Below are positions 1-506 of a stretch of 506 nucleotides of DNA, piece by piece. Made by a program: the position numbers and the translations under genes. Each line of letters starts with the position of its first letter. Position 1 is the first letter of the stretch. The notes below the pieces were generated by a model, which saw nothing but the letters and a program-made list of their open reading frames with translations, was not told the DNA's origin and made no database searches. Origin of the DNA: Escherichia coli (GTDB taxonomy: Bacteria > Pseudomonadota > Gammaproteobacteria > Enterobacterales > Enterobacteriaceae); NCBI RefSeq assembly GCF_003334255.1, contig NZ_QOWU01000230.1; one strand, 5' to 3'.

Positions 1-5
1 CAAAT

Positions 6-34
6 GCCTGATGCGCTACGCTTATCAGGCCTAC
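6..34 (+). repeat. REP palindromic unit, Z2-type (copy 1)
   Basis: gcctgatgcgctacgcttatcaggcctac: 7-bp outer stem gcctgat/atcaggc (6-12 with 24-30), small internal mismatch, 2-bp inner stem with 3-nt loop, then the CTAC tail typical of REP. Matches the Z2 PU consensus as I recall it. Confidence 0.85.
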
Positions 35-51
35 AGATTCTTGCGCCATTC

Positions 52-85
52 GTAGGCCGGATAAGGCGTTCACGCCGCATCCGGC
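52..85 (-). repeat. REP palindromic unit, Y-type (copy 1), inverted relative to the Z2 unit
   Basis: The - strand reads gccggatgcggcgtgaacgccttatccggcctac: 7-bp outer stem gccggat/atccggc, 2x2 internal loop, 4-bp inner stem ggcg/cgcc with tgaa loop, CTAC tail. Matches the canonical Y PU / REP consensus as I recall it. Confidence 0.88.
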
Positions 86-98
86 AATGGTGACAAAT

Positions 99-127
99 GC
101 CTGATGCGCTACGCTTATCAGGCCTAC
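99..127 (+). repeat. REP palindromic unit, Z2-type (copy 2)
   Basis: Identical to 6-34, shifted by 93 bp. Confidence 0.85.
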
Positions 128-144
128 AGATTCTTGCGCCATTC

Positions 145-178
145 GTAGGCCGGATAAGGCGTTCACGCCGCATCCGGC
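145..178 (-). repeat. REP palindromic unit, Y-type (copy 2)
   Basis: Identical to 52-85, shifted by 93 bp. Confidence 0.88.
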
Positions 179-191
179 AATGGTGACAAAT

Positions 192-220
192 GCCTGATGC
201 GCTACGCTTATCAGGCCTAC
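192..220 (+). repeat. REP palindromic unit, Z2-type (copy 3)
   Basis: Identical to 6-34, shifted by 186 bp. Confidence 0.85.
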
Positions 221-237
221 AGATTCTTGCGCCATTC

Positions 238-271
238 GTAGGCCGGATAAGGCGTTCACGCCGCATCCGGC
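238..271 (-). repeat. REP palindromic unit, Y-type (copy 3)
   Basis: Identical to 52-85, shifted by 186 bp. Confidence 0.88.
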
Positions 272-284
272 AATGGTGACAAAT

Positions 285-313
285 GCCTGATGCGCTACGC
301 TTATCAGGCCTAC
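285..313 (+). repeat. REP palindromic unit, Z2-type (copy 4)
   Basis: Identical to 6-34, shifted by 279 bp. Confidence 0.85.
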
Positions 314-330
314 AGATTCTTGCGCCATTC

Positions 331-364
331 GTAGGCCGGATAAGGCGTTCACGCCGCATCCGGC
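331..364 (-). repeat. REP palindromic unit, Y-type (copy 4)
   Basis: Identical to 52-85, shifted by 279 bp. Confidence 0.88.
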
Positions 365-377
365 AATGGTGACAAAT

Positions 378-406
378 GCCTGATGCGCTACGCTTATCAG
401 GCCTAC
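378..406 (+). repeat. REP palindromic unit, Z2-type (copy 5)
   Basis: Identical to 6-34, shifted by 372 bp. Confidence 0.85.
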
Positions 407-423
407 AGATTCTTGCGCCATTC

Positions 424-457
424 GTAGGCCGGATAAGGCGTTCACGCCGCATCCGGC
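424..457 (-). repeat. REP palindromic unit, Y-type (copy 5)
   Basis: Identical to 52-85, shifted by 372 bp. Confidence 0.88.
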
Positions 458-470
458 AATGGTGACAAAT

Positions 471-499
471 GCCTGATGCGCTACGCTTATCAGGCCTAC
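471..499 (+). repeat. REP palindromic unit, Z2-type (copy 6; the window ends 7 nt after it, inside the linker)
   Basis: Identical to 6-34, shifted by 465 bp. The sequence stops at 506 within the tail-to-tail linker. Confidence 0.85.
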
Positions 500-506
500 A
501 GATTCT

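Larger units (their letters stand above)
1..506. repeat. Perfect tandem array, 93-bp period, about 5.4 copies (BIME-2-like cluster of alternating Z2 and Y REP palindromic units); array ends not in window
   Basis: Direct alignment by eye: the string caaatgcctgatgcgctacg recurs at 1, 94, 187, 280, 373 and 466. All five full copies and the 41-bp partial copy are identical base for base. Each unit is Z2 PU (+), 17-nt linker agattcttgcgccattc, Y PU (-), 13-nt linker aatggtgacaaat. Confidence 0.97.

Noticed and set aside
6-40. Rho-independent terminator (GC-rich hairpin followed by a T-rich stretch)
   Set aside because: The hairpins are imperfect and are followed by ctacagattcttgcg on the + strand and by gaatggcgcaag after the Y unit on the - strand. 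Neither is a run of T/U. REP hairpins are thought to act mainly as 3' exonuclease barriers and at most as weak terminators, so I do not call an intrinsic terminator.
4-93. Short + strand ORF in every unit: ATG at 4-6 to TGA at 91-93 (29 codons plus stop), repeated at 93-bp intervals
   Set aside because: It lies entirely within the REP palindromes, has no recognisable Shine-Dalgarno sequence upstream (the preceding bases are ggtgacaa from the prior unit), and recurs only because the DNA is a tandem repeat. It is a repeat by-product, not a gene.
86-106. IHF binding site of the kind found in BIME-1 / RIP elements
   Set aside because: The linkers do not match the IHF consensus WATCAANNNNTTR on either strand; the best candidate, caaatgcctgatg, has at least two mismatches to the reverse-complement consensus. 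The Z2-Y composition is the BIME-2 type, which is described as lacking the IHF-binding L motif.
90-120. Sigma70 promoter: gtgaca at 90-95 resembles the -35 hexamer TTGACA
   Set aside because: No acceptable -10 hexamer lies 16-19 bp downstream; the candidates gcttat, cttatc and ttatca are poor matches to TATAAT. The motif sits inside the repeat linker and recurs in every copy. Insufficient evidence.
1-506. Stop-free - strand frames that could be called as a long CDS for a repetitive Arg-rich protein
   Set aside because: The openness follows from the 93-bp period being divisible by 3 and from GC-rich palindromes that happen to lack stop triplets in two frames. The sequence matches a known non-coding repeat family and no start context or end is visible. 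Kept as a finding only as an annotation caveat.
1-506. CRISPR array (regularly spaced palindromic repeats)
   Set aside because: CRISPR arrays have identical direct repeats separated by unique spacers. Here the material between palindromes is also identical in every copy, and the palindromes alternate between two types in inverted orientation. This is a simple tandem duplication of a compound unit, not a repeat-spacer array.
1-506. tRNA, rRNA or other structured ncRNA gene
   Set aside because: No cloverleaf-compatible arrangement or conserved tRNA or rRNA motifs are present. The structure consists only of REP hairpins repeated identically.

Overview
The whole 506-bp window is one perfect tandem array with a 93-bp period: five complete copies (1-93, 94-186, 187-279, 280-372, 373-465) plus a 41-bp partial copy (466-506), with no mismatches between copies. 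Each unit holds two imperfect palindromes in opposite orientation that match, from memory, the enterobacterial REP / palindromic unit (PU) consensus: a Z2-type PU on the + strand (gcctgatgcgctacgcttatcaggcctac) and a Y-type PU on the - strand (gccggatgcggcgtgaacgccttatccggcctac). They are joined tail-to-tail by a 17-nt linker and head-to-head by a 13-nt linker. This is the architecture of a BIME-2 (bacterial interspersed mosaic element) cluster, a well-described non-coding intergenic repeat family in E. coli and relatives. I see no supportable protein-coding gene, RNA gene, CRISPR array, promoter or intrinsic terminator. Two - strand reading frames are stop-free across the whole window, but only as a by-product of the repeat. 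I find no evidence of a novel biological system here; what deserves a second look is the perfect copy identity and the unseen array ends, both outside the window. GC content of the unit is about 56% (52 of 93, hand count).
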